This document shows positions 28,402 to 37,971 of a DNA stretch of 57,698 bases, piece after piece. The notes under the pieces were generated by a model. The model saw nothing but the letters and a program-made list of their open reading frames with translations. It was not told where the DNA came from and searched no databases. The translations under genes were made by a program, and so were the position numbers. Position 1 is the first letter of the stretch; each line of letters opens with the position of its first letter. Origin of the DNA: a virus (Duplodnaviria; Caudoviricetes); IMG/VR virus record IMGVR_UViG_3300018063_000014, positions 1 through 57,698 of that record. The stretch is one strand, 5' to 3'.

Positions 28402-28608
28402 TCAATGGCCAAACATTTCGCCGGCCTTTCTGGTTAAAATTCGAACCAGAAGGTCGGGCCTAGCCAATAAGACCCAGCGCAATCGGTCAGGAATCTCGGT
28501 TAGCCACTTCAATCCGCACTTATTACACAACCATCCATCCGCAACCTTCTGCATATCGATATAACACTTTCGGCATTTAACGGGTCGGGAGTCGGGTTTC
28601 ATTCCCAT
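28402..28608 (-). CDS. Small Zn-ribbon protein
   Basis: CRKC...CNKC. Confidence 0.5.
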   Translation of the reverse strand: MGMKPDSRPVKCRKCYIDMQKVADGWLCNKCGLKWLTEIPDRLRWVLLARPDLLVRILTRKAGEMFGH

Positions 28609-28788
28609 CCCAACTCTGACACTTCAGATACTAATTCCCAAACACCCGGCATGGGCGAGCCATCAAGATAATTCGGTGAACAGGTACACCGAGGCGGAAG
28701 ACCGAAGTTGCTGAAAACCCAATGGTAGAATTCGCCCGATATCCTCTTCCCGCATAGGGTGCATTCGTATTGCTTACCGTCATTCATC
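28599..28788 (-). CDS. Small Cys-containing hypothetical protein (start approximate)
   Basis: CTLC, CTC; in the ORF track with a longer 5' extension. Confidence 0.4.
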
Positions 28789-28844
28789 ATTGAGCCGCCA
28801 TCTCGCTTTCTTCCTGCCAGCACCACCGGCGGTGATGATTGGCA

Positions 28845-29066
28845 TTACGACTGCTCATTCCATTCGACCGCATCGGCAAGCCGAATATCGAACTCGATAC
28901 TCAACTCCCGCAGGGTTCTGTAAAAAAGCATAAGGGAGTGACCGATCACCTCGATTTGCCCGTGAGTCAAAGGTTCACCGTCTTTCACTTGACCCGTGGC
29001 CGTATTGATCGCCGTGTAAATCTGCCACAATGCCATAATCTTTCCTTGAACCCGGTCATCGGTCAT
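28845..29066 (-). CDS. Hypothetical protein
   Basis: 73 aa, plausible helical composition. Confidence 0.55.
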   Translation of the reverse strand: MTDDRVQGKIMALWQIYTAINTATGQVKDGEPLTHGQIEVIGHSLMLFYRTLRELSIEFDIRLADAVEWNEQS

Positions 29067-29740
29067 GTTCTACGCTTTCCGTTTTACGATTCTCTCAAAA
29101 TCGGCAAATTTCGCAATCCTGGGGCCGTGGCTGAACGATCGGGGCTGAATTGAAGGTAATCTACCAGTGGTTGCAAAACGGCCATGCTATCGGTTAAGTT
29201 CATAGGTTTGGGCTTTCCCCACTTCTCGGCACGCCTCATCAGGTCTTCATGGCTCCAGTGATTGTAACGACGTGGACGGGGGCGGTAGCTCATAAATCCC
29301 GAATCGGCTTGCTCTCGCGAACACCGGGCGGAGGTCGGCCAGCACCAAATCGCGGTTGCTTCTTCGCCTTCCACCATGCGTACTGCGGATGAGTCTTTGG
29401 TTTCGGACGGCGTTTAGGCTTCATATCTGGAGCCTCATTTGAAAAATTTAAACCTACTCGCCCTTGAGATTCGAAATAGTGTTTTGATAGGTAGAAAGGG
29501 CAAACTTGAATTTTCAATTTGGTTTATACGAACGCATACGGTCAAAAAATCGCGGGCGCAAACACCCCCCCCGGTAGGTCGGTTTTTCAAAAATGGTCTT
29601 AGATAATTCCATGATGGTTGTTTAGGCCGGATGACGGCGGGACGTGGGCTCGGCGGATGGCATTGGGTCTTGTATCCCCAGAGGTTGGCTAGTGTAAGCT
29701 GAATATATTCGCATACTTAGGCGCGCCGAGCGGCGCAGGG

Positions 29741-30160
29741 TCACGGTGACTCGGGTGTTTCGTCGGCTTTGGGCGCCTCGATTTGCGCCGGAATCGTGAA
29801 TATCTCGACCATGCGGTCCTTGGTGGCGTCCGTGCCGATCGGGCGATTGATCACGAGAACCATACTGCTGCCCGTGCCGCCAGGGTTGGTTAGCTCAATT
29901 TCCTGCTTTGCCTTCCCGACCGTACGATCCAATATCTCACAGCACGCATCGACCACCACTCGAACTGACGGTACAACCTCGACTTCTTCCCATTCGCCCT
30001 GACTATTCTTCACAAATTTCTGTTCATATACTCTATTATCCCTAACCTTGCACAAAGTATCAAACGACTTGATAGCTTCTTGTTGTCTTCGCTTAAGAGC
30101 CATCCAATATTTTCGAGGTCTTCGGAGGATCGGCTTATTAGGATCATGTAGGGCTGGCAT
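29741..30160 (-). CDS. terS: Terminase small subunit (probable)
   Basis: RVVVDACCEILDRTVGKAKQEIELT motif; upstream of terL. Confidence 0.65.
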   Translation of the reverse strand: MPALHDPNKPILRRPRKYWMALKRRQQEAIKSFDTLCKVRDNRVYEQKFVKNSQGEWEEVEVVPSVRVVVDACCEILDRTVGKAKQEIELTNPGGTGSSMVLVINRPIGTDATKDRMVEIFTIPAQIEAPKADETPESP

Positions 30161-30216
30161 TTAAAGGCTCGAATCGTGGGTTAATTGCAATTTGCAATGG
30201 TATGGCGTCGTTTTAC

Positions 30217-30245
30217 GTTTTACGACAGTTTGCGCAGTTTGTCAA
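30217..30245 (-). promoter_or_regulatory. Sigma70-type promoter for terS
   Basis: TTGACA-17 nt-TAAAAC; the -10 lies inside a CGTAAAA repeat. Confidence 0.5.
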
Positions 30246-30359
30246 ACTATCTACCTCGGTCGATGAAAGCGCAGATAGCGCGGTTCAACCTGAACGGTCG
30301 CCAGTTCAACCGATATGCGCTTAAGCGTATAAGACGGCGATATACGCTGATGAGTATAT

Positions 30360-30977
30360 TCACGGTTCTTCGTCGTCGTCTTCCGGTTCTTCCGGCATCG
30401 GTTGATTAGGGTCAAACCCGATGGCGTCGAAGTGACGCTGGTTGGCGTCTTCCATCTGTTTCAATAACTCGTCAAGGTCGAATTTTTCGCCTCTTATTTC
30501 TTTTGTATTGTCTTTACTGTCTTTGGAGTGCGTCTCCACTGACGCAGGTTTTGGTACTGGATTGACGCAGGTTGATGCACCGATTGACGCAGGTTGGTCT
30601 GTGGGGATATCCAACGACCTGCGTCTCTGCTGACGCAGGCTATCGTGCGTCTTGGGAGACGCAGGTTGATTAAGCCAACGTGAGTAATCCTTCTGGATTC
30701 CGTAAGCGACAGACTGAGCGCTCAATCGCTGCACGATTATCAAATTGCGACGCCACAAGCGCTTGACGGTTCGCTGCACATTGCGCCGATCAAGCTCGGT
30801 CCGTGTCACGAACTGAGAGCCGGCGATGGTATCATCCCTCTTGTTGTATCCGTAGGTCATACGGGCGACAGTCCAGAAGACTCGCGACTCATAGGGCGAT
30901 AGATCAATCTTGCACAGCGCCTCAAGAAGCTCATTGGCTACGCGCGTGTATCCTTCCTCAATTTGCGGTCGTGACAT
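30360..30977 (-). CDS. Lambda O-like replication initiator
   Basis: PQIEEGYTRVANELLEAL...RVFWTVARMTYGYNKRDDTIAGSQF. Confidence 0.85.
   Translation of the reverse strand: MSRPQIEEGYTRVANELLEALCKIDLSPYESRVFWTVARMTYGYNKRDDTIAGSQFVTRTELDRRNVQRTVKRLWRRNLIIVQRLSAQSVAYGIQKDYSRWLNQPASPKTHDSLRQQRRRSLDIPTDQPASIGASTCVNPVPKPASVETHSKDSKDNTKEIRGEKFDLDELLKQMEDANQRHFDAIGFDPNQPMPEEPEDDDEEP
30529..30667. repeat. Iteron-like repeats inside the O-like gene
   Basis: GACGCAGG at 30541, 30564, 30586, 30632, 30658; three are part of TGCGTC-N6-GACGCA palindromes. Confidence 0.75.
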
Positions 30978-31346
30978 TCATTTTGCCCCCAGTCAAGGCT
31001 AAGGGGTGGCGCTATGTGACTGGCATAGCGCCGTGGTTCCCCAAGTTCTTTAGATTGTGAACGACGGCCAATCGCCACGCTTCACCTATCGCACAATTCC
31101 CCTCTGTCGTCAACCGTAATCCGTAAAACGTGCAAATTGCACGATATTTGATGTATGGAATAATGCCATGTTGAAATCTCTACGACTTTGTGAGTAATTT
31201 TAGCGTGACGCTAACTTTCTTTTGGGCTCAACTGCCCGTATTCGCTCACTATGTAAACTTGGTTTACGATTGCTTGGCACGATTCTTTCGCCTTAATAGG
31301 GTAGAAGGTCAAGAAAATTATGAACGCAGGCCTGGAGGAAAAGAAA

Positions 31347-31562
31347 ATGAAAAACAAAAAAGCCGTAGTCGAAAAGGCATTTGAATTAGGCGCAGTCTAT
31401 ACAAAGGTTCGAACCAAAACCGTTTCATTCGCGGACCTAGCACGCGATAGCGCCGTTTTTATCCAGTTCAACGGTCTGTCTTGGGCGAACGGATATAATC
31501 GGTGGGATGACCTTAAGGCGTGCGCAAGGGAAAACGGGTTTATTCTTAGCTCGTCAATCTAA
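31347..31562 (+). CDS. Hypothetical protein (plus-strand island)
   Basis: GGAGG RBS before MKNKKAVV. Confidence 0.7.
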   Translation: MKNKKAVVEKAFELGAVYTKVRTKTVSFADLARDSAVFIQFNGLSWANGYNRWDDLKACARENGFILSSSI

Positions 31563-31572
31563 AGGCATGACC

Positions 31573-31749
31573 ATGAACGCCACCGAACTAAAACAGCGAC
31601 GCGAGCAAGCAGGGCTGACGCAAGCGCAGCTCGGGAAGCTCATCGGCCTGCACCCAGTGACGCTATCCGATTACGAACGAGAAGACAGAGCGATTCCGCC
31701 AGTTGTGCAGATTGCTATCGACAGGGTTTTGACCGAACGTGGAGTATAG
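31573..31749 (+). CDS. XRE-family HTH protein
   Basis: LKQRREQAGLTQAQLGKLIGLHPVTLSDYER. Confidence 0.85.
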   Translation: MNATELKQRREQAGLTQAQLGKLIGLHPVTLSDYEREDRAIPPVVQIAIDRVLTERGV

Positions 31750-31795
31750 CCCTTTTTTTAAAATTGTGTTTAGCGAATGACTAATGGAGAAGAAA

Positions 31796-31954
31796 ATGGA
31801 TTACGACGAAGCAATAGAAGCAATGGTTAGCCGCGAACAGGCACGCCGCGAAATAGCAAAGCATGACTGCGAGGGGTTCTATCAATTCCTTCAAGACGTA
31901 GGCGACAAGCTGGAATATGCAGGGTGGGAAGTCCTGGATTGGCTTGGATATTAA
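31796..31954 (+). CDS. 52-aa hypothetical protein
   Basis: Translated by hand: MDYDEAIEAMVS...EVLDWLGY, GGAG RBS; below the ORF-track cutoff. Confidence 0.65.
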   Translation: MDYDEAIEAMVSREQARREIAKHDCEGFYQFLQDVGDKLEYAGWEVLDWLGY

Positions 31955-31975
31955 CTCAGCAAAGGAGGAACGAAA

Positions 31976-32179
31976 ATGAAATTCTGTGAAAACTGTTCAG
32001 CAGAAATCGGAACGCGCGATGGCGATAATCTTTGCGATGCCTGCGACCACGCCGAAGGCGACAAGAAGGCACTCGCCAATCAGCGCCGCAAACTTAACCG
32101 CAAGGCTAGGGAATCTGCCTTGCGTAGCTGTGGACTCGTCAAGGTACGCGGAGCATTGGGCGGAACGTACTGGGAATAA
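31976..32179 (+). CDS. Small Zn-finger protein
   Basis: CENC...CDAC, AAGGAGG RBS. Confidence 0.7.
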   Translation: MKFCENCSAEIGTRDGDNLCDACDHAEGDKKALANQRRKLNRKARESALRSCGLVKVRGALGGTYWE

Positions 32180-32202
32180 TCCCCTCAACCCCCAAAAGGA
32201 GA

Positions 32203-32493
32203 ATGACCATGAAATCGTTTAGACGCGACAAACTCCGCAGGCTTGTAGAGCAAGGCAAAGTTGAAACCGTATCAACCTATCACTTTGATGACATGTATGG
32301 TGAGAGCTGCGGACACAAAACCATGCCGTGTGCGATCATACCTCGGGATTGGCATGACCGGAAAGAAGGAATCTGCTACATGTTCGCTCACGATTTCACT
32401 AGCAAGAGCGGCGCCTGTTGGTTGAATGATAACGGAACAGTGACGCTCATTGTCCACTCGAACAGCAATTACGATCTAAAAATTAACCCCTAA
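32203..32493 (+). CDS. Hypothetical protein
   Basis: AAGGAG RBS, 96 aa. Confidence 0.7.
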   Translation: MTMKSFRRDKLRRLVEQGKVETVSTYHFDDMYGESCGHKTMPCAIIPRDWHDRKEGICYMFAHDFTSKSGACWLNDNGTVTLIVHSNSNYDLKINP

Positions 32494-32520
32494 CTCCGAA
32501 CTCCGAACCCTGGAGGACAC

Positions 32521-32892
32521 ATGGAAACGAAACACACGCCAACGCTAGATCTCCACCTGGTTCATAACACCGACAGCCGCGATATAGACGCAAAGGCCAT
32601 AGGTATTCATGGCGCCGGTTTGATGAGCAACGGCGAAGCCCGCCGCATCCGGATTCAACATGATGGGACACGCCAGGACGTTCTTGCTGCAAGCAAACTA
32701 GGCGATGAACTAATTACCGCCGTCAACCAGCACGCCAAGCTCACCCGCGATAATGAGGCGATGCTGGCAACACTTCACTTTGTTCGCGACAACCTCGATC
32801 AACTCAAGCCGGACTTCTTGAAAGAATGGGACCTAGAAAAAATGGATCAAGAAGTCCGCGCCACAATCGCTCAGGCCAAAAAAGGAGACTGA
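32521..32892 (+). CDS. Hypothetical phage early-type protein
   Basis: KHTP N-terminus and LITAVN...AIAQAK pattern common in phage early genes; GGAGG RBS. Confidence 0.7.
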   Translation: METKHTPTLDLHLVHNTDSRDIDAKAIGIHGAGLMSNGEARRIRIQHDGTRQDVLAASKLGDELITAVNQHAKLTRDNEAMLATLHFVRDNLDQLKPDFLKEWDLEKMDQEVRATIAQAKKGD

Positions 32893-32893
32893 A

Positions 32894-33088
32894 ATGGAAA
32901 ACGAACACAGAATAACAGCAACGCGCCGACTCCACTACGAAATAATGACCCAGCTCAAAAAGCAAGGGTTCGGTCACATTGATGCCGGCCGTGAAGCATT
33001 ACGCCGAATGGAAGCGAGCCCCCAGCTAACAGAATGGCGGGATTTCTTTACGGCCGTCGAAGTCGAGGGCTACAGCCTGCCACATTGA
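32894..33088 (+). CDS. Hypothetical protein
   Basis: AAGGAG RBS, last gene of the island. Confidence 0.6.
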   Translation: MENEHRITATRRLHYEIMTQLKKQGFGHIDAGREALRRMEASPQLTEWRDFFTAVEVEGYSLPH

Positions 33089-33752
33089 TGCGCTTAATGG
33101 CGGCGGTAAGTTCATCGCATAGCTGCAATACACACGGTATATTCTGTATCGATCCGTCGTGGTTACAATGCACTACCGCCATTGCTTTGGCCCGCTCTAA
33201 CCCCTCCACATACCGCGCCTCGGCCCGCTTCTCGGCGGCGGCGAGCTTGTCACTAAAATAATCTCTATCCTTGAGTGCGGCGGTTAAAGCGTCGTTCAGA
33301 AAGGCGTTGTCTTTCCTGAGCCCATCAATAGTTTCTCGCGCCTTATCGATTGTAGGGATGAGGGCATCGGAGCGTTGATGTATTCCCGCCAGTTCCTTCT
33401 CCGCCGCTTCCAACTTGGCGCGCAGGTCGGCTACCATCTCCGGTATCTTCAACCTTAAAGGCGAATCTTGGATCGAACCGTCATCCGACACATAAACATT
33501 CGGTCCAAGATGCACGGCGATTTGATCGAGTAATCCGCGATAGAAAAACTCGTTCCTACAATGTTGAGCAGCCGTTTCTTCCCAGGCTTTAGCCAGCCCA
33601 TCCCTCTCTGCGAGCCGGGCGGCGACGGCGGGAATAAAGGCTTGAATATGATGCTCTGCCAGCTTGCGTTCATTGCCCGCTATTACGCTGCTTTGATACC
33701 TCAGTGAACGTAGCAATTCCTCGGCCTCTTTTTGCGCGCCGGTTGTGGTCAT
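33048..33752 (-). CDS. Coiled-coil hypothetical protein (Ead/Ea22-like accessory type)
   Basis: WEETAAQHCRNEFFYRGLL; start MTTTG by ATGA overlap. Confidence 0.6.
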   Translation of the reverse strand: MTTTGAQKEAEELLRSLRYQSSVIAGNERKLAEHHIQAFIPAVAARLAERDGLAKAWEETAAQHCRNEFFYRGLLDQIAVHLGPNVYVSDDGSIQDSPLRLKIPEMVADLRAKLEAAEKELAGIHQRSDALIPTIDKARETIDGLRKDNAFLNDALTAALKDRDYFSDKLAAAEKRAEARYVEGLERAKAMAVVHCNHDGSIQNIPCVLQLCDELTAAIKRINVAGCSPRLRRP

Positions 33753-34081
33753 GACTTCCCCTCCAATTCCTTGTTCGCCTCCGCTTGCCACTTGGCCCAT
33801 TGCCAGGAGTGGCGGGGGTCAACCTGACGGTATGCAATCGCGTCATCGATAAAGCCGCATTTTTTACAGTGATCGCCTAATTTGGGAGCAGAATCTTTTA
33901 TCCGCATTAAAATCACGACATGATCTTTCTCAAACTCCGCCCTCAGCTTCGCGGCCAGGCAGTCGCGGAAGGCACCAATAAGCGTTATCATCGCCGGACA
34001 TCCCCACTTTGGATCGGTAAACGTCAATATAAATTGCCACGCCTCCCGCACCTCGTCCGTAATTTCAAAGTCGGTGCTCAT
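33749..34081 (-). CDS. Hypothetical protein
   Basis: 110 aa, ATGA-coupled. Confidence 0.6.
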   Translation of the reverse strand: MSTDFEITDEVREAWQFILTFTDPKWGCPAMITLIGAFRDCLAAKLRAEFEKDHVVILMRIKDSAPKLGDHCKKCGFIDDAIAYRQVDPRHSWQWAKWQAEANKELEGKS

Positions 34082-34275
34082 GATTCAAGCCTCTTTCGGG
34101 CGGCTTGGAGACGCGCAAACTGTTCTTCGGTTACTTCTTCCCAATCATCCACATCGGTTACGGCGTCCCAAAATTCCACCAGCGCCGAAAACCATTCGAC
34201 CGGAATCTCTATATAGTCAGTTCTATTTCTCTGTGCTGTTGCCAGCGCCTTTTTGATGGCGTCGATTGTGCTCAT
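34078..34275 (-). CDS. Hypothetical protein
   Basis: Start MSTIDAIK; ATGA-coupled downstream. Confidence 0.55.
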   Translation of the reverse strand: MSTIDAIKKALATAQRNRTDYIEIPVEWFSALVEFWDAVTDVDDWEEVTEEQFARLQAARKRLES

Positions 34276-34489
34276 GGCGTTCCGTCCCTTCCGCACCAAG
34301 ACCCCTTCATGTGCCCCATGAGCGGATACACTGAGTCGGCATTTTCACATCGTGGCGTTTTATCCTCACAGTGCGTCCAGGTACGATTAGGGCCATCTTG
34401 ATGCACTTCCCTCAAACACTCGCTGCAAATAACCATTCCAGTACTCATCTAATCCTCCAAATTAATCCCGTCATTCTTGAGCCCGGCAA

Positions 34490-35022
34490 CCGTGACTATG
34501 GCCGTGACCCGATATGTTTTATGATATAAATCAGCATAACGTGGTGTCTGGTAATGATATTTTTCAATGATTTAGCGGTATCCGCGTGTTCCCGTAAACC
34601 CAGAGACTACCGTGTGATTCTCGATACTTACAACGGTGGGCACGCCTGGGTCACGGGATTCTTCAGCAAGAATGCGACCAATCGTGCCCCGCAAGTGTTT
34701 TGCGTTTTTGTTCTTCCTTGAACCTTTCCAGGTCATTCCGATTACGATTAAGGTTGCACTGGTGGCACGCCGCAACTCGGGGATTATAATTCTTTCGCAG
34801 AGGATGGAGCTTCGAATAAATATGATCTATCGTGCAAGCAGACGGAGGATTTTTCCCGTTGCCATGAAAGATTAGCAACATCTTCCTACCGCACCAGTGG
34901 CAGAGTCCGTTTTGCCTCTCATAAAGTTCCCGGCGAAGAGATTTTTTAATGTACGACATTGAAATCCATGTACTACTAAGGAATTCTAGGTAGTTACAGA
35001 GTCGGGCACGGGAAGGTCACGG
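34490..35022. other. attP-like region with arm-type repeats and IHF-like sites
   Basis: CCGTGAC pair at 34490/34502; inverted GGGCACG-N4-GGTCACGG pairs at 34638-34656 and 35004-35022; AT-rich IHF-like tracts; just downstream of the integrase. Confidence 0.5.
34663..34959 (-). CDS. HNH endonuclease
   Basis: CHWCG...TIDHI...AACHQCN. Confidence 0.85.
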   Translation of the reverse strand: MSYIKKSLRRELYERQNGLCHWCGRKMLLIFHGNGKNPPSACTIDHIYSKLHPLRKNYNPRVAACHQCNLNRNRNDLERFKEEQKRKTLAGHDWSHSC

Positions 35023-35238
35023 TTATCGGAACCTTAAATTGACAGCGCCACAATCGATGCAACGCCTGACACTCGACGCTGCCCACCAGTAATCGTAATA
35101 GACCCTGTTTGTCCGTTGGCACTTCGGACAGATCGGAAACAGCCAGTTGTATATACCGTGGACCAATGTTTTCATGTATCTCTTCTCGCCCTGCAATCCG
35201 CGCTCATCGCGGGGTGAATATCAGCAAGAATCCAACGG

Positions 35239-36447
35239 TTAGCCATGAGAAGCCTCCTTCTTTGTCACCACTGCATTCAGCGCCGCTTCCCCGAACTTGG
35301 AAGTATCGCCGAGCCAGCGCGCGTAGTTTTCGTAAATCACCGCAGGCGAATTGCCCGCATAGTCTGCGATGGCCTTGGGGTGCTCGCCGTGGAGCAGCAT
35401 GACCGATATCCATGTGTGCCGCGTGTTGTAGAATGGCCGATGCCGGATCTTCAGCGCGGTGAGTGCCGGCCAGAAATAGCTCTGTGCAAAGACCGCTTGC
35501 CCGATCGGCTCCCCTTTTTTGGTGGTAAAGATGTAATCGTCGGGGCCAGCCCTCAAGGGTCGTATCTCTTCAAACCGTTCCATGACAGGCGGGAAAAGCT
35601 TGATCGTTCTATTGCTTTTCGACGTTTTGGTTTCGCCGTCTTCGCCCTCCGTGCGCGAACTGGAAATTGTGAGACTTCCTGAACGTTGGTCGTAATCCGA
35701 AAATCGCCGCGCGGTAAGTTCAGAAGGTCTCGCACCTGTCCAGAACAAACTGAACATAAACGCACTACCCCGTGCCCATGTTTGCCGGTATTTTTTGTCA
35801 AAGTACGCGAGGATTTCATCTCGTTCCTCTTCTGTAAATGGGTCTGGCTGCTCACGCGGGCCTGGTGGCCACCACTTTGGCGGTAGTGATAGAAAGGGAT
35901 TCTTCTCGACCAATCCCTCAGCCTGCGCGTCTCTAAACATGGCGCGAAGGCTGGAATTGATGACATTCCGTGCCGTCCGCATTTGCACCGGCTCCCGACC
36001 TTCCCTGCCCTCGATCAAGGCGGCTCGAAGCTCCCGGATATCCGCTACGGTGTAGGTATTCAGTAAACGGTCTCCGTGCATCGATAAAATGTGATAGGTG
36101 AAGTGCGATTGCCACTTCAGCCAATAACTTCGGCGCACGAACGGCGGCATTTTGTCCTTTTTCGTTGCATCGTATCGCTGGCGGATGGTTTGTGGAACCA
36201 TCTTCGAGTTTTGCTGTGCAAACAGTTTGGCGCGGTTGCCGGCCGGAAAGTGGCGCAAATAGTCGAACGTGCCGGCTTTCATCTCCGCCGTGATCTTCTC
36301 GGCGAAGGCTTCCGCTTCCTTGCGGTTTGCCAGGGTGTCCTTCCATTTCGTGCCTTCCCACGATTCACCGTTGGGGAACGAGGGATGGTAAAGGCGAATC
36401 ACGAGGGCTTTATGCCTTGATACGGATATGCGTGCACTCATGCCCAC
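35239..36447 (-). CDS. int: Tyrosine integrase with N-terminal arm-binding domain
   Basis: TFDYLRHFP arm domain; TGARPSEL, KTSKS, YNTRHT, AGNS..VIYENY catalytic motifs. Confidence 0.93.
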   Translation of the reverse strand: MGMSARISVSRHKALVIRLYHPSFPNGESWEGTKWKDTLANRKEAEAFAEKITAEMKAGTFDYLRHFPAGNRAKLFAQQNSKMVPQTIRQRYDATKKDKMPPFVRRSYWLKWQSHFTYHILSMHGDRLLNTYTVADIRELRAALIEGREGREPVQMRTARNVINSSLRAMFRDAQAEGLVEKNPFLSLPPKWWPPGPREQPDPFTEEERDEILAYFDKKYRQTWARGSAFMFSLFWTGARPSELTARRFSDYDQRSGSLTISSSRTEGEDGETKTSKSNRTIKLFPPVMERFEEIRPLRAGPDDYIFTTKKGEPIGQAVFAQSYFWPALTALKIRHRPFYNTRHTWISVMLLHGEHPKAIADYAGNSPAVIYENYARWLGDTSKFGEAALNAVVTKKEASHG

Positions 36448-36452
36448 GGGTT

Positions 36453-36953
36453 TTATTCCTTTGGGTTGGCGAGGTCAAGTGCGGCTTTTAGCTTATTTGC
36501 GTGCGTGACCTTCAGGGCGTCGATCACGCCTTGATAATCTTCCGGGTCGATACGTCCGTAGCGAAGGAGAAGTCTTATCTCGTGGGCGTCAAGTTGCTTT
36601 TTGAGCGTGCCCAACTCGTCATTCAATTGCTTGAACCGCGCCAAACAAAGCTTCACCCACGGCACATTGGGGTAAACGTCCTGTGTGCGCTCTCCGAATA
36701 ACTCACGAATCTTTGAGATTCCGAGGAAACTCCGCTTATTCATGTGAACGCCGGTGATGTGCTCAACGGTGCCGGATTCGGTTAAGACTTCGAGACTGAG
36801 TTTTTCCTTGGCCTTCGATTGTTTGACCTTGGCGATCTTGTCGATGAATTCCGTTGCCTCAAGATAGCTCGCGAAGTTTCGATCCTCGCCAACCACGTCG
36901 AAGCGCATCTCTTTGGTAACTTGAATTTCGTGACCATTGTACGTTTGGTTCAT
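36453..36953 (-). CDS. Hypothetical protein
   Basis: 166 aa, GGAGG RBS. Confidence 0.65.
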   Translation of the reverse strand: MNQTYNGHEIQVTKEMRFDVVGEDRNFASYLEATEFIDKIAKVKQSKAKEKLSLEVLTESGTVEHITGVHMNKRSFLGISKIRELFGERTQDVYPNVPWVKLCLARFKQLNDELGTLKKQLDAHEIRLLLRYGRIDPEDYQGVIDALKVTHANKLKAALDLANPKE

Positions 36954-37243
36954 TTTACCTCCGCCTCGGCGCGCTCGTAGGCGATCATGGCGTCGGCCAT
37001 TTGATGAGCATGAAGGGCAAACATTTTCATGCGGTCATCGGTCGTTAAAGATTGAAACTTTACATTGTCATCTTGTATCCAAGATGCCAGCAACCCCTGC
37101 ATCGCCAGTCCCGCCAACTTCTGGCGCCGGGTCTCGCTAGGCCAACTATCAAACTCAAATGTGTCGCCGGTATCAACATTGCGCAGTCGATGGGGTACTG
37201 GATTTGCAAATCCGCCCTGGTCAATCTTTTTCTGCTCACTCAT
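36950..37243 (-). CDS. Conserved phage accessory protein
   Basis: GGFANP...AGLAMQGLLA...MADAMI pattern. Confidence 0.7.
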   Translation of the reverse strand: MSEQKKIDQGGFANPVPHRLRNVDTGDTFEFDSWPSETRRQKLAGLAMQGLLASWIQDDNVKFQSLTTDDRMKMFALHAHQMADAMIAYERAEAEVK

Positions 37244-37494
37244 AATTCCTCCAAGTAATCACTTTTGACCCATTCTGCCATCAGGCAGAGCAGGAGGACG
37301 CGGAGGTTCCTCCGTGTTTCGGCGGTGTGATCGGCTTCGTATGGGATACAATTCCCTATGCCCATCACCTCTTTATAAAGCCCCATTGCGGGCCGGCTTG
37401 TGCGTTCAACGGCACAGCATGAAAACATCTCGCGCCTGGTGGCGATTTTCTCCGCAGCCCGCAGGTAAATGTCAACAAGTTCGGTTTTTCTCAT
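37240..37494 (-). CDS. Hypothetical protein
   Basis: Start MRKTELV by ATGA overlap with xis. Confidence 0.55.
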   Translation of the reverse strand: MRKTELVDIYLRAAEKIATRREMFSCCAVERTSRPAMGLYKEVMGIGNCIPYEADHTAETRRNLRVLLLCLMAEWVKSDYLEEL

Positions 37495-37721
37495 GTTCCC
37501 GCCGTGTATCCTTTCGCCATCGGAATTCCCTTCGGCTCCCCGGAGCCCTCTTTTACCCACTTCACAAGCTCATCTTGATCGAACAAGGCGTGGATCTCCC
37601 CTTCCCGTCGAAACCACACCTTGCCGCGCGGGATCACGCCAGAGCGCATCTTGTTCGAGAGCGTGCCGGGCTCGATTCGGAGAAGGGCGGCAGCTTCGGT
37701 GAGAGTTAGGAATTCGGTCAT
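37491..37721 (-). CDS. xis: Excisionase-like HTH protein
   Basis: MTEFLTLTEAAALLRI...GVIP...FDQDELVKWV; upstream of int. Confidence 0.75.
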   Translation of the reverse strand: MTEFLTLTEAAALLRIEPGTLSNKMRSGVIPRGKVWFRREGEIHALFDQDELVKWVKEGSGEPKGIPMAKGYTAGT

Positions 37722-37971
37722 CAGAACGGCACCCACCTGTCGGCACATTCCAATGAACAGAAGTGCTCCGGTTCGCCCTTCCATTTCAGTCGCTTGTTGC
37801 ATTCCCAACATCGCCACACGTAAAACGTCCTGAGAAGCCAGTAACGAAAGTATCGCCAACGCCACACAATAAAGCACGGCCCTTGAATAAAGTCGGCATC
37901 GTAAAGATCGGTCCCGCACCGCATGCAACTGTGGTATTCGTCCTCGCAACCGTAGAACCGACAGAGGATTC

